Below, one piece after another: positions 60,623-64,000 of a stretch of 64,000 nucleotides of DNA (its first letter is position 1; the number at the start of each line of letters is the position of its first letter). The stretch covers positions 32,001-96,000 of the IMG/VR virus record IMGVR_UViG_3300028591_000003, one strand, 5' to 3'. Position numbers and translations under genes: made by a program. The notes beneath the pieces are model-generated. The model saw nothing but the letters and a program-made list of their open reading frames with translations. It was not told the origin of the DNA and searched no databases. The DNA is from a virus (taxonomy: Duplodnaviria > Caudoviricetes).

Positions 60623-62964
60623 TGGAAGAACAAATTAAAAAGAAAAGAGGTAGACCTCGTAAAAATCCTATTCTCCCTGAAGAAATTTAGTCTTTAGTAA
60701 ATGAAGTTCAAGAAAAAAGTTAGTAGCTCCAAAAAGAAACAATAGTTAAAGAAGAAATTCGTTCTAAAGAAGGCGAATGGGATGTTAAAATAAATGATTC
60801 TATTGAATATTTTGATAAAAGATTATCTTATGAAATAACAGGCTATAGACCTATTACAGAAACACAAGGATTAGATTTTGATCCAAGTTGGTTTACTGAA
60901 GCTAGAGATAATAAAATAAAAACTGGACATTATACATCTTATTATTTTGGTTCAAAAGCATATAGAGATTTTTGGAATCAAGAATATAAAAGATGTAGAG
61001 AAGGAATGACAGTTAACGGATATACAATTCCTGGAACATATTATTATTTTCTTAATTATTATCAATTGCCTCAGACTGAAGTTAAAAAACTTGGTACTAG
61101 TCGTTCTGATATATTTCCAGAGTTCTATACTGCTCAATATGAGTTTTTTCATTATTTTGAATTATGTAAAATACTTAAAAAAGATGTTTGTATGTTTAAA
61201 TCTAGAGGTATAGGTTTTAGTGAGATAAATGCTGCTATTTGTGATTAGATTTATAACTGTTATCCTAATTCAGTATGTATGATTTCAGCATTTGCTTAGA
61301 ATTATGTTGATAAATCTCTTGATAAAGTATGGGGAGGTCTTACATTTGCAAATGATAATACAGATGGAGGATTCTTTAAACTTCGACAAGTACTTGACAA
61401 ACAAATGATTAAGAAAGCTTCTTATTATAAAATAGTAAATGGACAAAAAATTGAAGATGGATGGATGTCTATGATTGAAGCAATTGTTGCTGATAATGAT
61501 AGAAAAATTCGTGGTGATCGTGTAGATTTATTAGTATATGAAGAAGCTGGATCTAATCCTGTTTTAAGAAAATCTTATATTAAAGGTAATGCTCTAGTAG
61601 AAATTGGAGGTAACAGGTTTGGTATTAGAGTCGTTGGCGGTACTGGTGGTGATGTTGATGGGCTTGAAGGATTATCTGATATGTTTTATAATCCAGAATC
61701 TTACAACATTTTACCCTTTCTTAATAACTATACTGAAGATGGAGAATGGGTAAAAACTGCATTTTTTATTCCAGCTAATATTGCTTTCTATAGAGATGGT
61801 TATGTAGACAAAAGAGGAGTTTGCGATATAAAGAAAACTACAGAATTTTATATGAATGAAAGAGCTAAACTTGAAGCTACTCCAAAAGCTTTAGTAGACT
61901 ATAAAGCAGAATATTGTCTATATCCATCTGAAGCATTTGCTCTTGAAGGACAAAACAATTTTAATAAAGTAAAATTAGTAGAACAAATATCTGCAATTAA
62001 GTTTAAAAAAGCAATTGTTCCAAATATCGAAAGAGGATATATGGAATTTGTATATAGTGATCCAAATCACAAAAGAGATAGTATTAAAGGAGTCAGATTT
62101 AAGCCACATCCGAATGGACCTGTTTATATATTGCAACATCCTCTTTGGGAAATCCCAACAGGATAGGATATAGAACCTGGTGAAACAGATGAAGAATATT
62201 CTTACAGAAAATCATCAGAAGAACAAGTAGCTTATAGTAAAATGAATAATTTGTATGTAGCAGGAATAGACGGAATTGATTTAGGATAGGAAGATACTTC
62301 TGATTATACTAAAAATCCATCTAAATTTTGTACTGTTATTAAAAGAAGAGTTCATGGAATGAAAGAGCCTATGTATGTAGCATATTATTTAGATAGACCT
62401 TAGCGAATAGAAGAAGCTTATGAGTAGACTCTAGCATTAATGTATTATTATAATGCTAAAGGAAATATAGAAGCGTCTAAAGTCGGAGTTTTAACTTGGG
62501 CTAAAAAAGAAAAATGGATTAATTACTTTATGCGAAGACCAAGAGTATGTTCCGGTGATCCAGCTAAAAGACCTTCTGGTAATGCACCTTATGGAACAAC
62601 GACTGCTGTTGCTATGATATAGCATGGACTAGATTTAATAGCTTCATATATAGAAGAATATTTTCATAATATATGGTTTTTAGATATGCTAAATTAGTTT
62701 CTTAAATATTCTTACGAGAATAAAGGAAAGTTCGATATTGTAGCAGCTTGTTAGATGGCTGAAATTGCAGATGAAGAACTATCTGAATTAGTTCCAGTAT
62801 AGGTTAAAGAAGCTAAACGAAAATTTTAGGATATTGGATATTATAAAGATAAAAATGGATATACTCGTTTTGGAATAATTCCAAGATAGGAAGAATAGAA
62901 AATTCAAGTTAAATGGGATAATTCTGATGGAGGAAATAGAAATAGTAATCCTGAATATAGATGA
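60622..62964 (+). CDS. terL: terminase large subunit; TAG=Gln
   Basis: 780 aa through about 16 TAG; KSRGIGFS, LLVYEEAG, GGTGG, YVAGIDGID. Confidence 0.92.
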
Positions 62965-63227
62965 ATAATTTAGAAAAAGCTATCTTAGATATTATTGAAA
63001 ATCGTTATAAACGAAAATATACTGGAGGTATAATTGTAACTAGATTAATATCAGGATATAAATTAGTTTTGGATTTAGGTAATCCAGATAAAAGGATAAT
63101 ACAAATATCTGTTGATTGTAATTCAGAAGAAGATTTTTTAAAATATATCGAACAAGAACTCATATCTAGACAATTAGAAAGAGTACAATTTTTTAGAGGA
63201 GTTGTAAATTATCCAGAAGATGAATAG
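62961..63227 (+). CDS. hypothetical protein
   Basis: 88 aa between terL and portal. Confidence 0.75.
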   Translation: MNNLEKAILDIIENRYKRKYTGGIIVTRLISGYKLVLDLGNPDKRIIQISVDCNSEEDFLKYIEQELISRQLERVQFFRGVVNYPEDE

Positions 63228-64000
63228 AGAAGAATTGATTGCAAAAACTAATTTGGCTATAGGTGAACTTGTTTATGATAAAGAGAAATTAAGAAAATCT
63301 TATAACTATTATAATTGTAAACGAGATCAGGAATAGTTTAAATATTTGGAAGAAAATTATGGAATAGGACAACCTACTGCTGTAGAATTTATTCCTTTAA
63401 TAAGAAAACACGTTGATGCTCTTGTTGGAGAATATTTAGATATTCCAATTCTTCCTAAAGTTTCTTGTAAAGATGAAGAAACTATAAATAATATATTTAG
63501 AGAAAAGTAGTTAAAAATATCTACTGAATGTTTTCAACTGTTACAAAGAAATCTAAAAAATAATTTATTAAAGGTTCTTGGTAACAAAGATATGACAGAT
63601 TTAAATATAAAAGAACAATTAGATAATTTAATTGAGGATATAAATGAAAATTTTATTTCTCAATATGAAATAGCTGGACAAAATATAGTTGAATATATAA
63701 TTCAATCTAGAAATACAGATTTAGTTACTAAATTAAAATAGTTATTTATAGATGTTTTAGTAACTGGGTTTAATTTTTATAGAGTACTTCCCTCTCCTGC
63801 TGGATAGAACATTTAGATAGAATGTTTAAATCCATTAAATGTATTTCCTGATTTGAATTATGATTCTCCTTATATTAAAGATTCTTATAGAATAGTTGTA
63901 CGAAAATATCTTACTAGAAATGAAGTTCTTAATAAATACGGAAAAGATTTATCTAAAGAAGATATTTCGAAAATAAAAGAATTATGGGAAGACCATTTAG
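63220..64000 (+). CDS. portal protein, N-terminal part; TAG=Gln
   Basis: YNYYN..FIPLIRKHVDALVGEY..LNPLNVF; open to window end except TAG; follows terL. Confidence 0.8.

Noticed and set aside
51036-64000. Fragmented ORFs as pseudogenes or sequencing errors
   Set aside because: Every interruption I traced is an in-frame TAG with no frameshift, and a CUA tRNA is present.

Overview
A 64 kb, AT-rich segment of a crAss-like (Crassvirales-type, Bacteroidota-infecting) phage genome; the assignment is by gene content and recognition, not a database search. Minus strand 1-50.8 kb: DnaB-like and SF2 helicases (the latter split in Walker A by a group I intron carrying a GIY-YIG endonuclease), two RNase H-like genes, a GH73 hydrolase, two tRNA clusters that together give 25 tRNAs covering all 20 amino acids (two with homologous ORF-less group I introns), a LysM/L,D-transpeptidase cassette and a 12 kb block of shuffled paralogous modules. 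From 51 kb: late genes (lipoprotein, cargo-like proteins, holin-like protein, amidase, PD-(D/E)XK nuclease, GroES-like protein, terminase, portal) that are only intact if TAG is read as Gln, plus a CUA suppressor tRNA. Most notable: a DUF2828/TROVE(Ro60)-like vWA gene (39662-41521) sits upstream of an array of 12 small RNAs sharing one module (a helix followed by ACUUACAA). The module is grafted onto tRNA scaffolds in four topologies or stands alone, and a 13th copy overlaps the start codon of the gene itself. Also seen: a hammerhead ribozyme, several anticodon-less tRNA mimics and many stem-closed spacer RNAs. All RNA structures were folded by eye.
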